Origin: an uncultured Methanosarcinales archaeon
GTDB lineage: Archaea > Nanobdellota > Nanobdellia > Woesearchaeales > GW2011-AR4
Direction of reading: 5' to 3'
Assembly (NCBI GenBank): GCA_964454865.1
Contig: CAYVTQ010000001.1
Coordinates: forward strand, 3,554 to 67,553
Length of the DNA: 64,000 bases
The position numbers and the translations under genes are program-made. This document shows, in pieces, positions 48,777 to 57,780 of the stretch. A model generated the notes under the pieces. It saw only the letters and a list, made by a program, of their open reading frames with translations. It was not told where the DNA came from and searched no databases. How positions within the stretch are numbered: the first letter of the stretch is position 1; each line of letters opens with the position of its first letter.

Positions 48777-48907
48777 TGGTGGTTGGTTTTTTGGAAATTA
48801 TTTAAAGGTTATTACGCCTAGCCAAGTCAATACCCTCAATCATATATTCCGTCCCTTTTTAAAGCATCTTTAGACCGGCACAACCCCCAACAATGATTAT
48901 GGGCGGC

Positions 48908-50221
48908 CTATTCCAATTTAACACCATGCCCCTTTATTTTCTTTGCAAGCTCAAATGCGTGCCTTATCACAGCATCGGTATTGAGATATTCAAATTCCGC
49001 AAATCTTCCGCACAGGTGTATTCCGATTGAATCAAAATATTCCCTTATCATCCTGAGCTTGTCAAGATAGCCAATAGTATTGACGACATACCCGTATCTC
49101 GCATTGACCAAATCAGTTTCACAGACCTCCTTTGAATCAATAAATCCTTCCTGCTCCATTGTATCGATTACATGGTGTATCAATTCTTCATTAGGCATTC
49201 CGGATATCCTGTCTCCGGGATAATAAGTAAATTCCGCAGTTATTGTGTGCTTGCCCGGGGGAGCATGATCGGCATTCAAGAATGTATAAAAGCATAGCCT
49301 ATGATAAAGCGTATTTTCAGATGGAATGTATATGCCAAATTTATCCGTAAATTTTATCTTGTTTAGCCCTATCATTACTACAATAACTCCATTATACCTC
49401 AAAGAATGAATTGCATCGGCAATCTTCTGAGGCGCGCCGGCAAGGCAGCCCAGCAATTCCGGCAGGGGCATTGTGGAAATAATTTGGTCGTACTTCTTCT
49501 CGCTTTTGCCGTCTGAAACTACCCACCCGTCCCTGCTTTTTATGATTTTTTTGACCTTGTAATTCAGAACGACATTTTTTACATCTTTCCCCAGCGCCAA
49601 GACAAGGCTCTCAATGCCTCCTCTTTCAGGATACCAGAAATTAAGCTGATGGGTATATCCTTCAGTGGATATTCCAATTGCAGATTTTATTATATCCTCG
49701 GCAGGAGGCTTTGGCACCCTGCCTTCAACCCAGTCCAGCCCAAGCTCCGAAGGATCCATCTTCCATATCTTTTTGTTGTAGGGTATGAGGTATTTTTCCG
49801 CTATTCCTTTTCCGAATGTGTAGTATATCCACTCTTTAAAATTAGCTCTTGGAGGAGGAGAATCATTATTAAAGAAATGCAAGAGGCATTCAAAAAGATC
49901 TCCTTTGTCAAGCTCATTAAGCCCATTCTCAAAAGGATATTTTATGAAATTTTTTTTGAACCATATCTTGTTGTTTCTATAATGGCTTTTTATATTACCC
50001 TGCTGTTTTTTTAGCATGAATCTCAGTATATCCTTGTCTTTGGAGAAGATTATATGGCCGCCCATATCATAGCTGAAGCCGTTCTTTTTCTTTGTTTTGC
50101 AATGCCCCCCTATCCTGCTGAATTCTTCAAGAATTTCATACTCGGAGTCTCCCAGAAAATATGCTGCAGATATGCCTGCCAGCCCCCCTCCAAGTATCCC
50201 TATCTTCATGGATTTTAGCAA
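48908..50221 (-). CDS. FAD-dependent oxidoreductase, UDP-galactopyranose-mutase/amine-oxidase-like
   Basis: GILGGGLAGISAA dinucleotide-binding motif, YNKKIW segment reminiscent of UGM; 437 aa. Confidence 0.5.
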   Translation of the reverse strand: MLKSMKIGILGGGLAGISAAYFLGDSEYEILEEFSRIGGHCKTKKKNGFSYDMGGHIIFSKDKDILRFMLKKQQGNIKSHYRNNKIWFKKNFIKYPFENGLNELDKGDLFECLLHFFNNDSPPPRANFKEWIYYTFGKGIAEKYLIPYNKKIWKMDPSELGLDWVEGRVPKPPAEDIIKSAIGISTEGYTHQLNFWYPERGGIESLVLALGKDVKNVVLNYKVKKIIKSRDGWVVSDGKSEKKYDQIISTMPLPELLGCLAGAPQKIADAIHSLRYNGVIVVMIGLNKIKFTDKFGIYIPSENTLYHRLCFYTFLNADHAPPGKHTITAEFTYYPGDRISGMPNEELIHHVIDTMEQEGFIDSKEVCETDLVNARYGYVVNTIGYLDKLRMIREYFDSIGIHLCGRFAEFEYLNTDAVIRHAFELAKKIKGHGVKLE

Positions 50222-50296
50222 CTGCAGTTAATTTAAAAATGTTTCCCGGCAATCGGCAGATTAAGATACCGATTTTTTAGAATATAGCGCGGATTG

Positions 50297-51187
50297 CTAA
50301 TGGTTTAATTTCCCATATATTGTTATTCCTTTCTTCAAAAGATTCTCCATGACCCTGACAAGATCCCTTGCTTTCAATGCCCTCAACTCAGTATCTCCGA
50401 ACTGGAATATTCTCATTGAACCGTCTTCTAAAAGATACTTTTCAATGATATTGTTATTTCTTATCTTATGCAGGTGAGGCAGATGATTCCTAAAATAGAT
50501 TATTTTTTTGCCGCCTTTTTCATCAGTCACAACAGCCTTCATCTTTTTTGTAAATACTCCAATAGGAAACTTGCATTTGTCTTCTACAATATGTATTGAG
50601 GAGTTAGCAAGCTGGTCAACGCCTATCAGGAATATTTTTGCATCCAGCTTGTATAGCTTTCCAAACGGCCCTTTCATCGAATAGGGGTTGTCACATTCCT
50701 CATGCCCCTTCACAAGCCATTCCGCCTTGTTTCCATAAGCTGCTACTGAATGCATAGGCGACAAGCTTCTCTTCACGCCTTCCCTCAATCTGAATGTTTC
50801 AGGGATTGTGCCAGTATAAGCAGGGGTGCAATTCACATCAAAGATGTATGTTCCTCTTTTTGCATCATAAGCCGGTGCTGAGAAAGCAGGCATAACAAGA
50901 ATCCCTTCTTTCCCCAGAGATTCCAGGAGAGCGTCAATCAGGGAACTTGCGCCGCCATTAATAAATCCTATCCTCCCGAGGGATGAATGCACAATGACAG
51001 TGTCTCCCCTGACAAGGCCTGCATTGGAAAGGCATTTTTTCAAGTCTTCTTTGGATATCTCTTTCTTCAGAAGATTTTTTGCCAGCCTTAACTTCTTGAC
51101 AAGGCCATAAATGAGCTTCTGCGCAGCAAACGGGATTAACGGCTTGATTCTGCGCTTCCACTCTGCTTCGCTTACTTTAGATTTCAT
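50297..51187 (-). CDS. AAC(3)-family (Antibiotic_NAT-type) N-acetyltransferase
   Basis: VRGDTVIVHSSL...GILVMPAFS pattern of aminoglycoside 3-N-acetyltransferase fold. Confidence 0.6.
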   Translation of the reverse strand: MKSKVSEAEWKRRIKPLIPFAAQKLIYGLVKKLRLAKNLLKKEISKEDLKKCLSNAGLVRGDTVIVHSSLGRIGFINGGASSLIDALLESLGKEGILVMPAFSAPAYDAKRGTYIFDVNCTPAYTGTIPETFRLREGVKRSLSPMHSVAAYGNKAEWLVKGHEECDNPYSMKGPFGKLYKLDAKIFLIGVDQLANSSIHIVEDKCKFPIGVFTKKMKAVVTDEKGGKKIIYFRNHLPHLHKIRNNNIIEKYLLEDGSMRIFQFGDTELRALKARDLVRVMENLLKKGITIYGKLNH

Positions 51188-51202
51188 TTTGCTCGATATT
51201 CC

Positions 51203-52312
51203 TCATTTATCAAAATTTTTCAAGATTATGCTTACAATTCTTTCGGCAGCCCTGCCGTCCCATAGCTCAGGAGCAGATTTGCCGATCTTTATTTTCCCGT
51301 CTATTATCTCCCCTGACTTTTTCAGTACATTTGTATTATCAGTGCTTACTAACAAATTGGTCCCCTTGCCTGATGTAATCGGCCTTTCTGTGCTGTCCCT
51401 CAAGGTTATGCACGGAACGCCCAAAATAGTCGTTTCTTCCTGCAAGCCGCCGGAATCTGTCAGTGTAAATTTGCTGTTGCTCACAAGGCACATAAAATCA
51501 AGATATCCCAGCGGTTCTGCCAGAACAACATTTTTCATTTTGCCCAGCCTTCCGATGAGTTTAAAGGCATGAAGATTCTTTTTTGTCCTTGGATGAGCAG
51601 GGAATACAATCTTAATTCTTTCCTGCAGACTTTCCAGCAGCGAGATGATCCTCTCCAAACTCTCCTTGCTGTCTACATTGCTGGGCCTGTGCAAAGTAAC
51701 GGCGCAATACTCATTTTTTTTTAAATTCAGCTTTTTGAGTATTGCCGATTCCTTAGATTTTTCCCTGTGGCTCAGCAAAGTGTCTACCATAACATTGCCA
51801 ACAAAAAATATTTTGCCCTTATTGATTCCTTCGTTAAGCAGGTTGGAGTTTGCGCTTTCTTCCGTTGTAAAAAGAAAATTACTTATTCTGTCAGTCAGCA
51901 TTCTGTTGATCTCTTCAGGCATTTTCCAGTCAAAGGATCTCAGCCCGGCTTCGACATGGGCAACTTTTATCCCAAGCTGCCTGGCGACAAATGCCCCTGC
52001 AAACGTGGAATTGACATCCCCCACTACGACAACTAAATCCGGGCTTATCCTGCTCATCACCTCTTCCAATTTTATGATTGCATTACCTACTTGCTCGCCA
52101 TACGTGCCGGAGCCGACTGAAAGGTTTATATCTGGCATCGGAAGCCCAAGATCATCAAAAAATGAGCCGCTCATTTCTTTGTCATAATGCTGCCCTGTAT
52201 GGACTAAAGTATGGTTAATCCCCTTATGCTTGTTGAATTCCGCTATCAACGGGGCTATTTTGATGAAGTTCGGCCTCGTTCCGACCACGCTTAAAATCCT
52301 GACCATGGCCAA
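51203..52312 (-). CDS. wecB: UDP-N-acetylglucosamine 2-epimerase (non-hydrolysing, WecB family)
   Basis: VGTRPNFIKIAPL and HTGQHYD motifs. Confidence 0.85.
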   Translation of the reverse strand: MAMVRILSVVGTRPNFIKIAPLIAEFNKHKGINHTLVHTGQHYDKEMSGSFFDDLGLPMPDINLSVGSGTYGEQVGNAIIKLEEVMSRISPDLVVVVGDVNSTFAGAFVARQLGIKVAHVEAGLRSFDWKMPEEINRMLTDRISNFLFTTEESANSNLLNEGINKGKIFFVGNVMVDTLLSHREKSKESAILKKLNLKKNEYCAVTLHRPSNVDSKESLERIISLLESLQERIKIVFPAHPRTKKNLHAFKLIGRLGKMKNVVLAEPLGYLDFMCLVSNSKFTLTDSGGLQEETTILGVPCITLRDSTERPITSGKGTNLLVSTDNTNVLKKSGEIIDGKIKIGKSAPELWDGRAAERIVSIILKNFDK

Positions 52313-52339
52313 TACTAATTGGGAAGGCTATAAATAGGT

Positions 52340-52545
52340 TTTCATGAGGAAGGCAACGTTAAGATGCAGGCGGCATCATCATTGCGGGGCTCTTCCGCCA
52401 ATACATAAAGCCGACGGAGGGGATGCTCCATACGGGAAGCCGACGGAGTTGGGCCGAAAAGCTAATCAAGACAGTCTGTCGCTTTTCGAGCATGCCGGCT
52501 ATCCTGTTAAATACATACAGCCGAGCCTGATGCTGCCCGAGCGTT
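52340..52545. repeat. MITE-like repeat, family 2 copy b (inverted orientation)
   Basis: Reverse complement matches the 24.5 kb core, and also GGGGATGCTCCATACGGG shared with family 1. Confidence 0.55.
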
Positions 52546-52592
52546 AGCGAGATTTTCTACTGATTCAAATAAAATTCCATATTTGCCTCGGA

Positions 52593-53300
52593 TTAACAAG
52601 ACATGGCAAAGAAATTTGACAATCCATGCTTTATCGGATTGAAGCAAATCAGCTCATTAAACCATATCTTTATGTATCCTAATAAGGGTATTCTCAATAC
52701 TGCCTTGCCTATGACATGGCTTTCATTAATGCTCGTTTCATCCATTGTGCTGTCTTTTATCGAAGCCTTGTTATGGTCGCCTTTTGTGTGAAAGAAATAA
52801 TCCCCCCCATTATCCTGCCATTTCCGGACTACCCTGTGAATGATGGGATCCGGCTTTGTGCTTCTGAAGACTATAACACTTCCAGCTTTAATTTCTGCCG
52901 GATTGGCGCCTTTCAGCACCATGATATCTCCCTTATTAAATCCGTTTTTGAACCTAAATCTGCTGAACTGCTCCTTGGTTATGCCAATCTGCTCATACCA
53001 GTCTCCGCACATTTCCCAATAGTCATCATAACCTATCCTTTTTTTCGCATCAAATTCCTTCCCGCATAAAACCATCCTGTTCCTGAAATCGGGGCTTGCG
53101 CTGTGCTCCATGCTCTCAGACACGACAGCGACAACAGGATGGGTAGTCTGGAGAAAAAAGCCCAGCCCCGGGTAGACTATGAACTTGATAAGCACAAAGG
53201 CAAGAACTACATTTACAAGCCAGCTCCATACGCTGTCATCTTCCCATATAAACTTCCAGATTTTTTTCAGAGTCTTCTTAAAATCACCAGCCATGCTCAA
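52593..53300 (-). CDS. Signal peptidase I (archaeal/Sec11-type S26 family)
   Basis: N-terminal TM anchor, SESME (Ser box), IHRVV (His box), TKGDHN box E. Confidence 0.75.
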   Translation of the reverse strand: MSMAGDFKKTLKKIWKFIWEDDSVWSWLVNVVLAFVLIKFIVYPGLGFFLQTTHPVVAVVSESMEHSASPDFRNRMVLCGKEFDAKKRIGYDDYWEMCGDWYEQIGITKEQFSRFRFKNGFNKGDIMVLKGANPAEIKAGSVIVFRSTKPDPIIHRVVRKWQDNGGDYFFHTKGDHNKASIKDSTMDETSINESHVIGKAVLRIPLLGYIKIWFNELICFNPIKHGLSNFFAMSC

Positions 53301-53343
53301 AATTTATATAGTCTAAATAAAAAGCTTTTGTTTATGTTAAACA

Positions 53344-53487
53344 GCTTTTGGCGAAGGCTAGTAAAACGAGGGTTGCCATTGCAATTTCCTTTTCCACCCA
53401 TGTGGTGCCGAACTTTGTTCGAGCATGCTGTCTGGAATTTTTGAAGATGCTCGCATAATTGATGGCAACCTCCCCTTCGCCAAAAGC
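53344..53487. repeat. MITE-like repeat, chimeric: family 3 5'-half (inverted) between GCTTTTGGCGAAGG...GGTTGCCAT TIRs
   Basis: Reverse complement of 53385..53460 matches 57548..57615 almost exactly; clear terminal inverted repeats. Confidence 0.6.
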
Positions 53488-53503
53488 CGAGTAGTAAGTT
53501 AAT

Positions 53504-53923
53504 ATGCATAAAGACTATTTTCAGGGAATACTGCAGCTCAGGAATGTTGATAATGAGGTCATTGACTTTGTCAGCAGGCAGGCTGCAAAAAGGCAGGATG
53601 TTTTTATTGCAAAGATTGAGAAAGTAAGAAACGGCATCGATATATATTTTTCCTCTCAGCAGTACCTGAAGGCTTTGGGCAGGAAGCTGCAGGAGCATTT
53701 CAGAGGGGAGCTTGTCATAAGCTCCAAGCTTTTCACAAAGAGCAGGACAGGGGAGGATCTGTACAGGGTGAACGTGCTTTTCAGGCAGGCAAAATTTAGG
53801 AAAGGTGATATAATAACCTACAGGGGCAGCAAGCTCAAAATCATCAGAATGGGAAACAAAGTTGCATGCAGATATGTTGATACAGGCAAAAGCATCACGC
53901 TCAGCTATGACTCATTAAGATAG
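53504..53923 (+). CDS. Hypothetical conserved protein (139 aa, basic)
   Basis: Intact ORF; no secure domain assignment. Confidence 0.4.
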   Translation: MHKDYFQGILQLRNVDNEVIDFVSRQAAKRQDVFIAKIEKVRNGIDIYFSSQQYLKALGRKLQEHFRGELVISSKLFTKSRTGEDLYRVNVLFRQAKFRKGDIITYRGSKLKIIRMGNKVACRYVDTGKSITLSYDSLR

Positions 53924-55073
53924 ACTCTTTTTCTTTTTTGTAGTCTATTATTATTTTTCTGAAAACTGACTTTTTGTCAATCTCCCTGTCCAGAAATTCC
54001 TTTCTCACGACAGCAAATGAGCCCAAGTCGTATATTGGCAGCTTATCCGCGCTTATTAAGGTAAAATGAAGCTCATCTTCTGCCTTTCTGCTCAGGGGCT
54101 TTTGGTATACTATAACATTTATCTTTCCTTTTATCTCTTCTATAGTTCTCCTGCTTGCGATGTTTGCATCTTCAACAAGCAGGATATCCTCTTTACCTAT
54201 CTTCAGAGTCATTTTCTTGTTCTCAAGCTCAAGATAGCCCAGATTCCTGATCTTTTTTAATATATAATAGCTCTTGGAGTCCAGAACAATGCTGCTCAAA
54301 TTCATTATATCCTGCTTTAAAGAGGATATCCTGCTGTCTTTTTCCATCAATAGGCTTGCATATGACCTTATCCTTTCTTCTTTGAACTTAAGAAGGGAGC
54401 TGATTTTTTTGCCATAATCAATGCTCCTTCTTTCTATTATTGTTTTGGATTTTTCATTTTTTAGCCTTAGGATGTACTTCCTCAGAAAATATACTTCCTT
54501 CTCATAATTTCTCATCTTATTCAGAACTCTTTCAATATTAATCTGAGGCTGTTCAGGGCTTTCTGTTTTCGCCGTGCCAATCTCTTCTTTCGGCGCCAAA
54601 TAATCAACAGCGTGCTTTATGCTCATCCCCTTGCTTATGACAAGCTCCTTTACAGATTCCCTATCCCCAAAATCAATCTTGTCTATCTTTCTGATCAAAT
54701 GCCTTACCTCATTGAAAGCAAAAAATGCAGAAGCCAGTGCGTCATTCTCATGGCAGTTTTTTACGCTAAACATTTTTGACATTTCCCTTTTTTCCGCTAT
54801 TGAAAGGTCTTCTTTGGGATTGATGGTTTTTGCGCCTAATTTTGCCGCGAACCTATGCACCAAATCAGGAACTTTTCCTTTGTCAGTGCCGGCAATAACA
54901 ACCCTTCCAAATTTCGCAACTTCACTTATAAGCCACGACAGGCCAAGATTTTTCGAAGAATCAACCGCAACCAAATTCCCGCTTATATCAAGAATCGCAT
55001 AGCCTGTTGTCGTGCCTGGGTCTATGCCGACAATGAGGAGTTTTCTTTGCTGCATTTGCAACAAAACAATCAT
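53901..55073 (-). CDS. DUF460-family protein (RNase H-like fold)
   Basis: LLIVGIDPGTTTGYAILD N-terminal signature; coiled-coil C-terminus. Confidence 0.6.
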   Translation of the reverse strand: MIVLLQMQQRKLLIVGIDPGTTTGYAILDISGNLVAVDSSKNLGLSWLISEVAKFGRVVIAGTDKGKVPDLVHRFAAKLGAKTINPKEDLSIAEKREMSKMFSVKNCHENDALASAFFAFNEVRHLIRKIDKIDFGDRESVKELVISKGMSIKHAVDYLAPKEEIGTAKTESPEQPQINIERVLNKMRNYEKEVYFLRKYILRLKNEKSKTIIERRSIDYGKKISSLLKFKEERIRSYASLLMEKDSRISSLKQDIMNLSSIVLDSKSYYILKKIRNLGYLELENKKMTLKIGKEDILLVEDANIASRRTIEEIKGKINVIVYQKPLSRKAEDELHFTLISADKLPIYDLGSFAVVRKEFLDREIDKKSVFRKIIIDYKKEKESILMSHS

Positions 55074-55102
55074 CTGTAATTTAAAAAGTTTTAGATAATT
55101 TT

Positions 55103-55265
55103 GGCTTCATCCAAAATTCACATTCGCAAGTTGGCAGCTTCAATCCCAGCGCAGCATATGAAGCAGTATCGTTGATGTCCCGTATGGAGCATCCCCTTAA
55201 CTCTATTTAAGTAATTGGTAAATGGGCTCGACTTCAAGGCTGCCAACCCATTTTTGGATGAAGCC
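55103..55265. repeat. MITE-like repeat, family 1 short copy (TIR GGCTTCATCCAAAA / TTTTGGATGAAGCC)
   Basis: 163 bp with 14-bp near-perfect TIRs; matches 34371..34627. Confidence 0.65.
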
Positions 55266-55281
55266 GATAATTTTTTAATGA

Positions 55282-56162
<881 letters not shown>

Positions 56163-56188
56163 ATTATTGGAGCTAAACTACTATTTTT

Positions 56189-56446
56189 CTAGCCATGCCT
56201 GGTCTTAAGGGTAAGAAGAGACAAAGTGAGCACGAAACTCACGATGTTGGCGATTAGTATTGGCATATCTTTTGTCAATATTCCATAAGTAAGCCACAGC
56301 GCGACCCCGAAGACCAGCAACAGCAGCATTGCCATTGACAAATCCTTCGTTTCTTTTGTTTTCCAGCTTTTGAAAACCTGCGGCACGAAAGATGCCGTCG
56401 TGCATATTCCTGCTGCAAACCCAAGTAAAGTCATCAATTCAGCCAT
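56189..56446 (-). CDS. SemiSWEET (PQ-loop) sugar transporter
   Basis: 85 aa, three TM helices, FVPQV PQ-loop motif and LWLTYG. Confidence 0.65.
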   Translation of the reverse strand: MAELMTLLGFAAGICTTASFVPQVFKSWKTKETKDLSMAMLLLLVFGVALWLTYGILTKDMPILIANIVSFVLTLSLLTLKTRHG

Positions 56447-56447
56447 C

Positions 56448-57185
56448 TTAAACCCTCCTGAAAAAGCTCAAAAAGCCGGAATGCCCCAGCATCCTCGACT
56501 TCGGCCTCACTTTTCTCTGCTCCACTTCCCACTCCCTTTCTATCATCTCCAATGTTTTGGCATGGATGAAATCATTCCTTTTGCAGGCGGCATTCGCCAT
56601 ATCCGAAACCTGGACTATAGTGGGGCTGTAGGAAACAAGAAAACCCCCTACTTTTAATGCTTTTGAGCATGAATCCAGAGCTTTCCAAGGCTCCGGCACG
56701 TCCAGAACAATGGTGTCAGCATCTTTCTCATCAATCTCTTTGTAAATATCCTTATTTTTAACCCTCAGATTCTTCAATCCGAGGAATTCAGCATTCTTTT
56801 TTACAATCTCTATGAAATCCTCCCTGATGTCGTACGTCACAACTTCTTTTGCCATATTCGCGAGAAAGCATGCCAATGCGCCGCTGCCGGCCCCTGCATC
56901 CACAATTTTACTTTTCTTGTTAATGCCTGTCTCTGCTAGGATTGCCCCTACGTCCTTCAGGGGGATTATCTGCGCATCCCTCTTTATTTTCTGGTAAACG
57001 TCTATGAAAAACGGGGAAAAAATCATAAATTCAGTATTTGTATTTGACATCAGCTTTGAGCCGTCTTTTTTAGCCAAGTCTGATTTCTTGATATAGCCGA
57101 ATTCCGTATGCATATCTCCACTAGTGTCTTTTACAAAGAATTTCCTGCCTTCTTTTGTGAGCAAAACTCTCTTTATTCTTAGCAT
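56448..57185 (-). CDS. trmI: tRNA (adenine-N1)-methyltransferase TrmI (GCD14 family)
   Basis: IVDAGAGSGAL motif I and DLPEPW-type motif (LDVPEPW). Confidence 0.75.
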   Translation of the reverse strand: MLRIKRVLLTKEGRKFFVKDTSGDMHTEFGYIKKSDLAKKDGSKLMSNTNTEFMIFSPFFIDVYQKIKRDAQIIPLKDVGAILAETGINKKSKIVDAGAGSGALACFLANMAKEVVTYDIREDFIEIVKKNAEFLGLKNLRVKNKDIYKEIDEKDADTIVLDVPEPWKALDSCSKALKVGGFLVSYSPTIVQVSDMANAACKRNDFIHAKTLEMIEREWEVEQRKVRPKSRMLGHSGFLSFFRRV

Positions 57186-57229
57186 TAAATAAAAAAAAGA
57201 AATTCAGTTTAAAAACTTAATTGAATTAT

Positions 57230-57532
57230 CTATCTTTTCTTTTTCCCGCTCGCTGCCGGCATATCGCAATGCCCGCATCCATTAGGCTTGGCTAAGTGCA
57301 TAAGTCCTTTTAATATTATCAGGACGCCCAAAGTATGCCATATATACCTAGGCTGCCATACAGCTACTGCAAGCACTACAATGCCTGTCACCAGCATCTT
57401 GGCTCCCTGGCACTTCATACATATACTCTCACAACAACCCATTAATACCACCTCTTTATTGGCGTTTTTAGGCAGCCTACTATATAAATGTTGGGGTTTT
57501 GCCGAGGTTGGTGCGAAATTGAAGGTTGTCAT
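57230..57532 (-). CDS. Small Cys-rich membrane protein (start probably at internal MGCCES)
   Basis: Two TM helices, CCESICMKCQ and CGHC motifs; 5' end touches repeat TIR. Confidence 0.3.
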   Translation of the reverse strand: MTTFNFAPTSAKPQHLYSRLPKNANKEVVLMGCCESICMKCQGAKMLVTGIVVLAVAVWQPRYIWHTLGVLIILKGLMHLAKPNGCGHCDMPAASGKKKR

Positions 57533-57752
57533 GCTAATATGCGATCATCTTCAAAACTTCCAGACAGCATGCTCGAACAAAGTTCGGCACCACATGGGTG
57601 GAAAAGGAAATTGTAGCGGAGGAATCGTTGTTCCTCCTGACGTAGCAAACTTGTTTGCTACGCAATGGGAACCTACGGAGTTGGTACCGAACTCTGTTTG
57701 AGTATTTTTGCAATCATGTTCCACTTTATAATGTGAGCCGACGGCAACCTTA
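57521..57752. repeat. MITE-like repeat, family 3 copy b
   Basis: Core 57548..57705 about 90% identical to the 42.3 kb copy; outer imperfect inverted repeats GAAGGTTGTCATGC / GAGCCGACGGCAACCTTA. Confidence 0.6.
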
Positions 57753-57780
57753 AAAAGATTTTCACCGAAGCCGGTTTTGC

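Noticed and set aside
53297-53698. ORFs 53297..53698(-), 57288..57701(+), 24427..24651(-), 52344..52547(+), 34103..34507(-), 34365..34637(-), 55118..55303(-), 42263..42445(-), 42453..42698(-) share peptide strings such as LQxFQTACSNKVRHHMGGKGNC, GRKANQxSLSLFEH and TGHQRYCxxCAGxEAANL
   Set aside because: They are translations of the intergenic MITE-like repeats, not protein families; the shared peptides arise from shared DNA
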